From assembly GCA_903930085.1 (NCBI GenBank), contig CAIYXD010000181.1, positions 1-26,954 on the forward strand: a stretch of DNA of 26,954 nt, given 5' to 3'. This DNA comes from an uncultured Flavobacteriia bacterium. GTDB lineage: Bacteria > Bacteroidota > Bacteroidia > Flavobacteriales_D > Crocinitomicaceae. This document shows positions 8,675 to 17,296 of this stretch, one piece after another. Position 1 is the first letter of the stretch, and the number at the start of each line of letters is the position of its first letter. The position numbers and the translations under genes were made by a program. Under the pieces are notes generated by a model. The model saw nothing but the letters and a program-made list of their open reading frames with translations, made no database searches and was not told the origin of the DNA.

Positions 8675-9265
8675 TTATCGATTTTCTAAAGGATTAAATT
8701 CACTTAAACTTGCTGCTAAATACTTCGTTGCATAAAATAATCTAGATTTGATTGTTCCCTCATTCGTTTCAAGAACTTCTGAAATTTCTTTAATGGAAAG
8801 TCCATCCATATGCCTTAAAGCAAATACCTCTTTGTGTTTTTGATCTAAATCTGTCATGCTTTTTTGAAAAGCTTCTTGAAAAATCATATCCTGTACTTCG
8901 TTCAATACATTTGAGGATGGATCAAACAAGGCAAAATGATTATCTAAACCATTGGATGTTCCGCGACGCACTTCTTGCTTTTTGTATTCATTCTTACACA
9001 TATTATTGGCGACAGAATATAACCACGTTTTGAAAGAACGCGTCACATCAAAAGACTCTGGTTTGTTTATAATCTTTGCGAATATATCGTGCACAAAATC
9101 TTCTGCTTTCTCTCTATCTCGCCAAAGCAAACGCATAAAATAACCGAGTAATGGGCTAGCGTAACGGTGATAAATTTCATCAAATGCAAATTTATCCCCA
9201 TTGGCAATTGCTTGCATCAATGCCTCATCGTTCATTTTTTTATGCTGTGCTTTGAATAATCGCAT
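8675..9265 (-). CDS. ECF (sigma-70 group 4) RNA polymerase sigma factor
   Basis: DEALMQAIANGDKFAFDEIYHRY, AEDFVHDIF, SFKTWLYSVANNMCKNEYKK, region 4 LSIKEISEVLETNEGTIKSRLFYA. Start moved from TTG 9268 to ATG 9265, which overlaps the upstream stop (TGATG). Confidence 0.95.
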   Translation of the reverse strand: MRLFKAQHKKMNDEALMQAIANGDKFAFDEIYHRYASPLLGYFMRLLWRDREKAEDFVHDIFAKIINKPESFDVTRSFKTWLYSVANNMCKNEYKKQEVRRGTSNGLDNHFALFDPSSNVLNEVQDMIFQEAFQKSMTDLDQKHKEVFALRHMDGLSIKEISEVLETNEGTIKSRLFYATKYLAASLSEFNPLENR

Positions 9266-10515
9266 CAATCCGAACTTTTCATTTTTTGGATTTGTTCCTG
9301 TTTACGCGACTGGACTGCGACTTGGGTCAAGACCTCCTCAACAAATGCCAATTTTTCTATTTCGTTCGTTAGCATATACGTATTTCGAAGTATCAAAAGC
9401 ATTGGAAGGTAATTTGCAGTTAATTGCCTTTCTTTCTCATTAGAGGCGTCCGTAATTATTAATTTGATGAATTCATAATTCCATAAATATTCGTTGCGTG
9501 CACTATTTTGGTAAGAAAGATCTGTTTTATATTCTAAAACCAAGCCAGTAACGAATAAATTCTCTTGAATCGGAAGTAAATATTCCTTGGGAATAGTCAT
9601 GGAAAGCGCAATATTCCGTGTGTTATTTTGCACACAAAACTCATTTAAATAGGCAACATCGATTGTCTTGTTCTGCGGTAAATTGAAGCCGTAGACCAGT
9701 AACTGTTTCTGAACAGCTTCACTTTGCAAAAGTTCCAATGAAATAACGTTAACATCTGTTCTGATCCCTTCGGAAATTTGCAGGTACAGACATGCATACG
9801 AATCCTCCATTCCGTGGGTAACTAAAGTTCCCTGAGAAGGAACAGATCTCAGCAAATCTTTAGAATAGTTCAAAATTGACCAATTTAATCGTCCGGAACG
9901 CATCAGTTTTTCCAGATAAGGAAGCGCTTTTCGTTTTTCATTCATGCACCAATAATACGCGACAAATTGAATGTGAACATCGGAATTTGTCGGCCGCAGA
10001 AGTTCCGCTTTTTTCAGATGTTCCACTAATGCAACGGAATAATTTCCTGCAACAAACTTAAAATAATGGTATTCGAAGGATTCCGGAGACGATTTCTCCA
10101 AAACCTTTACGAGATTATCCATTTGAACTTGCTGATCAACGGTCGGTGAACGCTGTGAACGCTGACTGGAAGCCATTTGCTTTGCCAACATAAAAGTAGA
10201 AGTGACAAGCTGCAATGCGCTTTCAGAAGAAGACACTTTTGTTTGACTGTCAGCAGATTTTTCGAGAATTTCTTTTTCTTGAAGCTCTTTTTTTAGAAAT
10301 TGATTTTCTTGATGTTGATTTTTTGTGGCAGGTTTATTTTGCAATTTATTCTCTTTTACTGACCCTTCCTGCTCCACTGGAATAGATTCTTCTACCGCGG
10401 GAATGGAAATGGAATGAGAGTTGGAGTTGGAGTTTAGTTCCAGACTTTGCGAGTTAACCTGACAAAAAGCAGTGAACGCAAAGGCACAAAGAAGAAACAC
10501 ACTAAAATTTCGCAT
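9265..10515 (-). CDS. Secreted protein with a C-terminal region resembling the extramembrane domain of DUF2723/TMEM260-type glycosyltransferases
   Basis: Sec signal MRNFSVFLLCAFAFTAFC, S/Q/E/K-rich linker, helical region, then YSKDLLRSVPSQGTLVTHGMEDSYACLYLQISEGIRTDVNVISLELL, which recalls the DUF2723 segment NYL.S..PNAI.FTNGDNDTFPLWY.QEVEG.RTDVRV.NLS.L. No multi-pass TM region. Confidence 0.7.
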   Translation of the reverse strand: MRNFSVFLLCAFAFTAFCQVNSQSLELNSNSNSHSISIPAVEESIPVEQEGSVKENKLQNKPATKNQHQENQFLKKELQEKEILEKSADSQTKVSSSESALQLVTSTFMLAKQMASSQRSQRSPTVDQQVQMDNLVKVLEKSSPESFEYHYFKFVAGNYSVALVEHLKKAELLRPTNSDVHIQFVAYYWCMNEKRKALPYLEKLMRSGRLNWSILNYSKDLLRSVPSQGTLVTHGMEDSYACLYLQISEGIRTDVNVISLELLQSEAVQKQLLVYGFNLPQNKTIDVAYLNEFCVQNNTRNIALSMTIPKEYLLPIQENLFVTGLVLEYKTDLSYQNSARNEYLWNYEFIKLIITDASNEKERQLTANYLPMLLILRNTYMLTNEIEKLAFVEEVLTQVAVQSRKQEQIQKMKSSD

Positions 10516-10638
10516 ACTAATTATATTTTTTCACTTGTACACCTACTCGTCAGAATAGTTCAAAGGAAACAAACATTTTTAGTAAATCCTTAAATTTTCT
10601 TTGAATTGGAGCCGCTCGTGTAAATTTCCGAAAAAGAA

Positions 10639-11025
10639 TTAATAATTTGGGTCTATTCCATCTAAAAAATACCATCTCTCGTTTTCTTTTTGAAAAGTAG
10701 AACGTTCGTGGTGAATTTCCGGCGATTTTAAACCTTCCACAAAATGCGCTTTGAACTCCACCAATGCACCATCGCTTTTAATAATTTCCAACTTCAGCCA
10801 TTTATTGGAAAGCATCCAACGTTCAATTTCGGTACGTGAATAGAATTTCCTGGCGGAAGGATGCGTGGAATCGATTACGTAATCAATTTCTCCAGCTGCG
10901 TATGCCGAATACCTAGAACGCATTAATTGTTCCGGTGTTTCAGGAAATTCCTTTCCGCTAATAAACCGCTGACAACATTCTGAGAAGGTCGCGGGATTCC
11001 CACAATAACAAGGAGTATTTGACAT
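10639..11025 (-). CDS. ychJ: YchJ family protein (SEC-C motif plus NTF2-like domain)
   Basis: PCYCGNPATFSECC, TPEQLMRSRYSAY, WLKLEII, VEFKAHF, HHERSTFQKENERWYFLDG. Start moved from TTG 11049 to ATG 11025. Confidence 0.88.
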   Translation of the reverse strand: MSNTPCYCGNPATFSECCQRFISGKEFPETPEQLMRSRYSAYAAGEIDYVIDSTHPSARKFYSRTEIERWMLSNKWLKLEIIKSDGALVEFKAHFVEGLKSPEIHHERSTFQKENERWYFLDGIDPNY

Positions 11026-11107
11026 TTTTACACGAAATTTTGAAGACAAATTAAATAACTTTTAGCAGATTAAACAATCTAAATTAGCTCAAAATTAGGT
11101 TTCTACT

Positions 11108-12322
11108 TCAGTTTTTAGATTTACGGATTGGAGCAATTAGTTTAAAGCGCAGGCCATTGTTCGATGCAAATTCACATTTACCGTTGATTTGTTCGGTTAA
11201 GGATTCAATTAAACGCAATCCTAAACCATTACTTTTTGGTGTATGCGGCGGTAAAGATCCAATACCGTTATCAAAAACCAACACTTCAAAATGACTTTCA
11301 TCCACTTTTTTCAATGAGATAAAAATCTCCGGATTTAATTTACTCGGAAAAGCATGTTTGATTGCATTGGTGATTAATTCATTCAAAATTAGCCCCAATG
11401 GAATTGTGGTAGAGATATCTAGCTGAATTGGTTCAATTTCCGTATTGAACGTGATGTTTTTTTTAATGTCAATAGAATTTCTGATTTCGGCAATCAATTC
11501 CGTAATGTAGGGAGCTAATTCTATTATGCTTATGTTTTGCTTCTTGTACATTTTTTGGTGAACCAACGCCATCGACATCACGCGATCGTGCACATCCTGC
11601 AATGCGCCTTGGGTTTCTAAATTATCCGTTCTGTTTTTTTGCATATTCAATAAACTGATAATAATTGCCATATTATTTTTCACCCTATGGTTTAATTCTG
11701 CCAGCAGTGTTTGTTGTTCTTCTAAAGCATTTTCCAGAAATTTATTATTCTTTTTATAGGAATAAACCAAAATAAAGGTGAGTAAAACAGAAGAAAGTAA
11801 CAAAACAAAATAAATCAAGCGCCGCTGAAAAAGGAAATACAATTCACTGTTTTGAGGGAAAAGTTGCCAATTATAATTGAAGTTAAGTGCCACAACAATT
11901 GCCGCAATTAAAATTACAGCCATGCTACTAAAGAAATATCGAATAGACTTTTCTTTTCTATAAAATAATGTGAGTGAAATAATGGCGGTAGAAAATAAAA
12001 AATGTATTGCCGAATCTTCCCCATTTTTAATTGAAAAAAAAGCTATTATTATTGAAAAAGCAACAAATCCAAGGAATATTGCCAACAAGTTTTTTTGAAA
12101 GCGGTTCAAAAGTAAAATACTGACGAGAAAAGGAAAAATGATGGTACTTAGGTTGGAAGAAGCTGTATCCTCTAAAAAAAACCCGTAACTTATTCCAATG
12201 CAACTTGCTATAGTTCCGTAAAAACCAAATCGATTCATTGCTCGGATGCAATTGGCATCAAACGCATCTAAGTCTGGCGTAACACCAACGTTTAAAAAAG
12301 AATCAAACCACCTGTTTTTCAT
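11108..12322 (-). CDS. Membrane sensor histidine kinase, HisKA_2/HWE-like family
   Basis: About six N-terminal TM segments; H-box LLAELNHRVKNNMAII; RVMSMALVHQKMY; LGLILNELITNAIKHAF; DNGIG; GLGLRLIESLTEQING. Confidence 0.92.
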   Translation of the reverse strand: MKNRWFDSFLNVGVTPDLDAFDANCIRAMNRFGFYGTIASCIGISYGFFLEDTASSNLSTIIFPFLVSILLLNRFQKNLLAIFLGFVAFSIIIAFFSIKNGEDSAIHFLFSTAIISLTLFYRKEKSIRYFFSSMAVILIAAIVVALNFNYNWQLFPQNSELYFLFQRRLIYFVLLLSSVLLTFILVYSYKKNNKFLENALEEQQTLLAELNHRVKNNMAIIISLLNMQKNRTDNLETQGALQDVHDRVMSMALVHQKMYKKQNISIIELAPYITELIAEIRNSIDIKKNITFNTEIEPIQLDISTTIPLGLILNELITNAIKHAFPSKLNPEIFISLKKVDESHFEVLVFDNGIGSLPPHTPKSNGLGLRLIESLTEQINGKCEFASNNGLRFKLIAPIRKSKN

Positions 12323-12360
12323 TTTTTTTTGTTAACATATGACTTTTTTTATCCTGAAAC

Positions 12361-12399
12361 TTTTTTTTTCAATGAATGCTATTTTTTTTTCAACGAATG
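12361..12399. repeat. 18-bp direct repeat with 21-bp period upstream of the kinase
   Basis: TTTTTTTTTCAATGAATG (12361-12378) and TTTTTTTTTCAACGAATG (12382-12399), one mismatch. Confidence 0.6.
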
Positions 12400-12532
12400 A
12401 AAATTAAACGCCAGTTCACATGTTATTGAATCTACGAACAACAAATTTATCGTGCCAATAATTCTTCTTTCTTGATATTTAACTACCTTTAAAAATCTAT
12501 TATCGAGAAGAAAACCAAGTTAAAATAGACAC

Positions 12533-13573
12533 ATGAGAATTGCCATTTTATTCCTTTTTAGTTTAAGCATTTCAAATTTTATTTTCGCACAAGATAGCAC
12601 GATGACAATTGCTTTCGGCTCGTGTAGCAACCAAGATAAGCCCTTGCCTATTTTTTCTGTAATCGCGCAGCACCATCCAGATTTATTTATTTTTTTGGGT
12701 GACAATATTTATGCAGACACCTACAGTATGTGTAAAATGAAAAGAAAATACCGCAAACTTTCAAAAAACAAGGATTTCCGTTTGTTTCGCGAACAAACCC
12801 CAATTATTGCGACTTGGGACGACCACGATTATGGGCAAAATGACATCGGCAGACATTACTCCAAAAAAGAACAATCCAAAAAGATTTTTTTGCGTTTTTT
12901 TAAAGAACCGGAAAATTCTGAACGAAGAAAACATGCAGGAATTTACACTTCTTATATGTATCCACTTGCTGGAAAAACGATTCAGATAATACTTCTAGAC
13001 AACCGCACTTTTCGGGACGATTTGCTTCCATACGATGGATCCTTGATTGGCGATTCTACGCATTTGTATGATCTAGATTATTCGCCATATACAACGGCGG
13101 ATTCTACACTTCTTGGCGCAGAGCAATGGCGCTGGTTGGAAGGAGAACTCCTAAAAAAAGCAGACATTCGAATTATCGGTTCCAGCACACAATTCGCCAC
13201 AGAATACAATGGTTATGAAACATGGGCAAATTTTCCCCATGAACAACAACGCATGCTGCAACTGATTCAATCTACGCAAGCAAACGGTGTTTTTTTCATT
13301 TCCGGCGATGTGCATTATTCCGAATTGTCGCTTCTAAAAAATCCATACACCTATCCGATTTATGATTTGACAGCGAGTGGATTAACAGAAAAATGGGGAT
13401 TTGCAACACCAAACAAATTTCGGCTTGGAGAGCCAATAATGCAAAACCATTTTGGGATAATATCCATCGATTTAAAAGTGGAAGATCCGGAAATAAAACT
13501 GCAAGTTTGGGATATTTCAGATAGTTTGAGATTAGAGGGAATGGTGCCTTTATCGGGGTTGCGACTGCGGTAA
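12533..13573 (+). CDS. phoD: Alkaline phosphatase D (PhoD) family protein
   Basis: Sec signal; IAFGSC, FIFLGDNIYAD, WDDHDY, LLDNR, LGAEQWRWLE, YETWANFPHE, ISGDVHYSE. Confidence 0.92.
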   Translation: MRIAILFLFSLSISNFIFAQDSTMTIAFGSCSNQDKPLPIFSVIAQHHPDLFIFLGDNIYADTYSMCKMKRKYRKLSKNKDFRLFREQTPIIATWDDHDYGQNDIGRHYSKKEQSKKIFLRFFKEPENSERRKHAGIYTSYMYPLAGKTIQIILLDNRTFRDDLLPYDGSLIGDSTHLYDLDYSPYTTADSTLLGAEQWRWLEGELLKKADIRIIGSSTQFATEYNGYETWANFPHEQQRMLQLIQSTQANGVFFISGDVHYSELSLLKNPYTYPIYDLTASGLTEKWGFATPNKFRLGEPIMQNHFGIISIDLKVEDPEIKLQVWDISDSLRLEGMVPLSGLRLR

Positions 13574-15391
13574 ATATTTTGTGCAGAGCGGATACTGTTT
13601 AAAGCAATTCATCAGCTCTTGGATTCTCCTGTGTTTTCTGTTCAAAGGTAAAATCCGTTCTTCCTTTTTGTCTTTTTTAATGTCGTATATTTCTTCTCGA
13701 TTCGGAACAATATTCGTGCGGTGGATGTAGTGGAAATTACCACGAACGATAGAAATTCCAACTTTAAATCGTGCGATTTTATTATTATTCATAGTGATTA
13801 AAGCACGATTTTTGGGGATTTTCGTGAACAAACTATAGCCGGTATAATTATTCATCAACGCAGCAACTTCTTTGTTACCCGTCAAACCCAAAAGCGAAAT
13901 TACCGTTGGAGCAACATCGATATTAGACGTCGTTTTTGAACGATTTTCCCGCAGCACTTTTCGATCCAGATGTGCAGCAATTCCGCTTGGCAAATAAAGC
14001 ATAAGCGGAACAGAAATTGTTTCCGCATAATAACTATCCACATGTCCAATATTATGGTGATCTTTCAACGATTCCCCATGATCACTGGTGAAAATAATTA
14101 CCGTATTGTCTAATTTCCCACTTTTTTTCAGTTGCGAGAACAATTTACCAATCACATAATCCTGGTAAAGAATCGCGTTATCGTATTCGTCCAGAAAAGA
14201 ACCACTCCATTTCACAAATTCTTTCGGAACATTATACGGATAATGGGTTGAATTCAATTGCACGATTCCAAAAAATGGTTTCTCCGACTTTTTCCGGATT
14301 AAACTATTTACATGCTCTATCGTGTATTTATCATCCACTCCAAGATCATTGAAAAATGGCTTTCCACTCGTTTCTTTGCACCAAAGCTGGTCGACTTTTT
14401 CATTTTTATAGAATCGATCGAATCGGTACCATTCCAAGCTGTGCGACGAAGCGAAAAAATTGCGGTAATTCAGCATTTTTGCAAAATCCCAAAGTATGGG
14501 TTGGCTGTAAAATATTTTCGGATCCTGGTAGGGCGCAATTCCGCTCAAAACAGCTGGAACCGCCAACATTGTTGTGGATGAAACCGTGTAAGGATGTTTA
14601 AACACAAAGAATTCGGACGGATGATCCTTTGCAAATTGTGTGAAATTTGGCGTTGTTTTTCGTTTGTATCCATACGCTTCCAAATTTTGTTTACGGAGAC
14701 TTTCAAACACTACAACCAAGACATTGAACTCGCGTTTTTCCGCCGTTTTCTCTAGTAAAATAGGCTTTCTTTCGCCCAATCCTTTGCCAGTAAATTTGCG
14801 TTCTGTTTCCCAATCGATGATATGTCTGCTAACAGCGGCAGAAAAATTGGTGTCCACCAGTAAACATTGGTCGTACTTTTTTAATTTAAAAACGAGAATT
14901 GAAAAAACACCGAGATAAATTGCAAACAAATAAATAATCCAGCGTTTAGATTTCAAGTTCAAATCGCGCAGACACAGTTTTCGAAGAAAGATAAACACGC
15001 CAAAAATGGTGCATAAAAGAAAACCTATTTCTAAGAAATTAATAGAATCCTTGACCAAAACCATGGCACTTAACGGTTCATTTTTAAAGTATTCGTACGT
15101 ATAATAATTAGGAAAAAAACCATTAAAATAGAAGAACGCGTAGGAACCCATAATGGAAACCACCAAATACGTTGAAAAAACAGCCAAAATGGAATTAAAC
15201 AGAAACATTCTCGGTTTCAATGCCTTTAAAACCAGCAGCATCCAAACGAAAAACAGTACAGAAGCAATAACCGAAAGTGCATAAAAAAACAATTGCTTCG
15301 TAGAATACAATTGAATCAAAGAAAACCGTATGAACACATCTGTTAGTACAAAAAGGAATGGAAATAAAAGCACTAAAAGGCCGTTTTTCAT
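13550..15391 (-). CDS. Membrane-anchored alkaline-phosphatase-superfamily transferase, EptA/MCR-like phosphoethanolamine transferase (sulfatase/LTA-synthase fold)
   Basis: About five N-terminal TMs; VVVFESLR (metal Glu); SSTTMLAVP aligns with EptA GTSTAVSVP (Thr nucleophile); NSTHYPY; YDNAILYQD; TSDHGESL. Confidence 0.82.
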   Translation of the reverse strand: MKNGLLVLLFPFLFVLTDVFIRFSLIQLYSTKQLFFYALSVIASVLFFVWMLLVLKALKPRMFLFNSILAVFSTYLVVSIMGSYAFFYFNGFFPNYYTYEYFKNEPLSAMVLVKDSINFLEIGFLLCTIFGVFIFLRKLCLRDLNLKSKRWIIYLFAIYLGVFSILVFKLKKYDQCLLVDTNFSAAVSRHIIDWETERKFTGKGLGERKPILLEKTAEKREFNVLVVVFESLRKQNLEAYGYKRKTTPNFTQFAKDHPSEFFVFKHPYTVSSTTMLAVPAVLSGIAPYQDPKIFYSQPILWDFAKMLNYRNFFASSHSLEWYRFDRFYKNEKVDQLWCKETSGKPFFNDLGVDDKYTIEHVNSLIRKKSEKPFFGIVQLNSTHYPYNVPKEFVKWSGSFLDEYDNAILYQDYVIGKLFSQLKKSGKLDNTVIIFTSDHGESLKDHHNIGHVDSYYAETISVPLMLYLPSGIAAHLDRKVLRENRSKTTSNIDVAPTVISLLGLTGNKEVAALMNNYTGYSLFTKIPKNRALITMNNNKIARFKVGISIVRGNFHYIHRTNIVPNREEIYDIKKDKKEERILPLNRKHRRIQELMNCFKQYPLCTKYLPQSQPR

Positions 15392-15736
15392 ACGTGTAAA
15401 TTAATTTTTAACACAATATTACGGAATTATTAACCAAAACAATCGAGGAGTATAAAAAGTCGGAATATTAATCCGACACATTCGTGGAAATCTAATTTTC
15501 TTACAAACGTTGGAGCACTTTTATCTCTTGCAAATATTTAGTAACCAGTACAATGAATCGTTTAAAGGTTTAAGCAGAACTAAATTAATCCGGTAGTTAA
15601 AATGGAGAGAACGAATTTCTAGCGCGAGAAAGAAATTTGCCGAATTCCTATCGGATAAACGCGTTAAAAACACGAATTATTTTCATTTTCAATAACATTT
15701 AGTTTCTTTTTCAAGTAATTAGTCCTTTAACTACCT

Positions 15737-15744
15737 TATATTTG
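15737..15744 (+). promoter_or_regulatory. Sigma-A -7 element (TATATTTG) for the T9SS protein gene
   Basis: Exact TAnnTTTG 19 nt upstream of ATG 15764; supports that ATG over TTG 15746. No -33 element seen. Confidence 0.5.
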
Positions 15745-15763
15745 TTTGTATAAAATTTCAGAT

Positions 15764-17275
15764 ATGGAGCCTATTTATAGAATTATATTCAGCAGTATTT
15801 TTTTCTTGATTTCCTTTACCAGTTTGGCGCAATGTCCTGGAGGACAAGTGGAAGTTACAGTTGCTGTTGAAACAGATTCTTGGGGCTATGAAAGTTTTTG
15901 GGATGTAACACCTGCGGGCGCCGGCTGTGGAAATGGAACAATTTTATCCTTCGGAAATATTGCACAAATTGGTTGTTCAGGAGCGGGAAACCAAGATGCA
16001 ACCGGAGGAAATGGTTATGGCAGCAATACCACAACGATTGAGAATTTGGGTTGTTTGACAATTGAGAATTGCTACGATATTAATTTCGTGGACGATTGGG
16101 GAGATGGCGGATCGACCTTCACCGTTACGATCATGGGAATTGAGCAAGGTCCATTTGTTGGTTCTGGCGTTGGAAATGTTTTCAATTTCTGTGTTACTGT
16201 TCCATTTATAAACAATGTAGCGGTAAAATCAGAGCCGTATACCTACACAAAAATGCCGTTATCACAGGTTGGAAATATTATCAAGGATGCGTCCATTATT
16301 TCTGTTGGTGCAGGAAATGTTACCGGTGCAAATTTATCCGTTCAAGTTTTCAAAGAATCAAATTTACTTTATTCTACCACTTCCACTCCGCAAAACGTTG
16401 CAGCGGGAACAACTTCCAATTTTACCGTTACAGGATTTACGCCTCTTGAAACCGGCACCTATTCCGTGGTTTACACTGCTGCAATTTTGGAAGTTGACGA
16501 AGACTTTTTAGATAACACGTATTCCTTTACGCTCGAGGTAAGCGATTCCATTTTTGCGCGCGACAATGGTATCAACGATGCTGGAGGAATGGGAATTGGA
16601 GGGAATTTATCCGGTTATATGGGTAACATTTTTGAGTTGAATGCAGGTGAAATATTATCTTCCGCTTCGGCACTAATTGACAATTCCACGTTTGATATTT
16701 CCGGAAAAACATTCGAAGTATCACTTTTCGCATTGGACAATTCAGGTGTTCCTTCTGCGCTTTTAGCAACTTCAGAAAGTGCAACCATTGGTGGGATAAA
16801 TCAGTGGTACGACCTACGTTTTTCCCCACCACTTTCGCTTTCTGCAGGAAATTATTTACTCGCGATCAAACAAGATTCATCCTACCAGCAGCAAATTGGA
16901 GCTTCAAGTTCAATATCTACAGCCGGAACATGTTGGGTAAGTTGGACCAACCAACCTTGGACATTGGCTGAAACATTTGATTTCCATGTTACGTTGATGT
17001 TACGCGCCAACTTCAATGAATTTGCTGCACTTTCAAATTTGGAAAAATCTTCCTTTACTATTTTCCCAAATCCTGCGGAGCATGAAATTAGACTTTCAGA
17101 TATTTATGTAGGTTCAACACTTGAAATATATTCGACCTCCGGACAATTGGTGCACTCAGAAGTAATGAAATCCAGCAATGCCAGCGTTCAAATTGAGAAA
17201 TTAGAACCAGGAATGTATACCGTAAAACTGACAAGTGGTTCCCATGTTTCCTGTGCGAAATTCATTAAAAATTAA
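15764..17275 (+). CDS. T9SS type A sorting domain-containing secreted protein
   Basis: Signal peptide ending ...TSLAQC; beta-rich domains (TDSWGYESFW...CYDINFVDDWGDG; Ig/CARDB-like middle); CTD FTIFPNPA...LEIYSTSGQLV...LEPGMYTVKL...KFIKN. Confidence 0.88.
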   Translation: MEPIYRIIFSSIFFLISFTSLAQCPGGQVEVTVAVETDSWGYESFWDVTPAGAGCGNGTILSFGNIAQIGCSGAGNQDATGGNGYGSNTTTIENLGCLTIENCYDINFVDDWGDGGSTFTVTIMGIEQGPFVGSGVGNVFNFCVTVPFINNVAVKSEPYTYTKMPLSQVGNIIKDASIISVGAGNVTGANLSVQVFKESNLLYSTTSTPQNVAAGTTSNFTVTGFTPLETGTYSVVYTAAILEVDEDFLDNTYSFTLEVSDSIFARDNGINDAGGMGIGGNLSGYMGNIFELNAGEILSSASALIDNSTFDISGKTFEVSLFALDNSGVPSALLATSESATIGGINQWYDLRFSPPLSLSAGNYLLAIKQDSSYQQQIGASSSISTAGTCWVSWTNQPWTLAETFDFHVTLMLRANFNEFAALSNLEKSSFTIFPNPAEHEIRLSDIYVGSTLEIYSTSGQLVHSEVMKSSNASVQIEKLEPGMYTVKLTSGSHVSCAKFIKN

Positions 17276-17296
17276 CAAATCATCGAATCTATTGAG

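Noticed and set aside
12322-12390. Poly-T tracts as a phase-variation switch
   Set aside because: Intergenic, at most 9 nt, and A-rich leaders are normal in this phylum; no frame or promoter spacing clearly depends on them.
15392-15736. Long intergenic region with small hairpins (GTCGGA/TCCGAC at 15459-15477; AATTTCT/AGAAATT)
   Set aside because: Stems of only 6-7 bp, no riboswitch or sRNA signature recognised; compatible with chance in a divergent promoter region.
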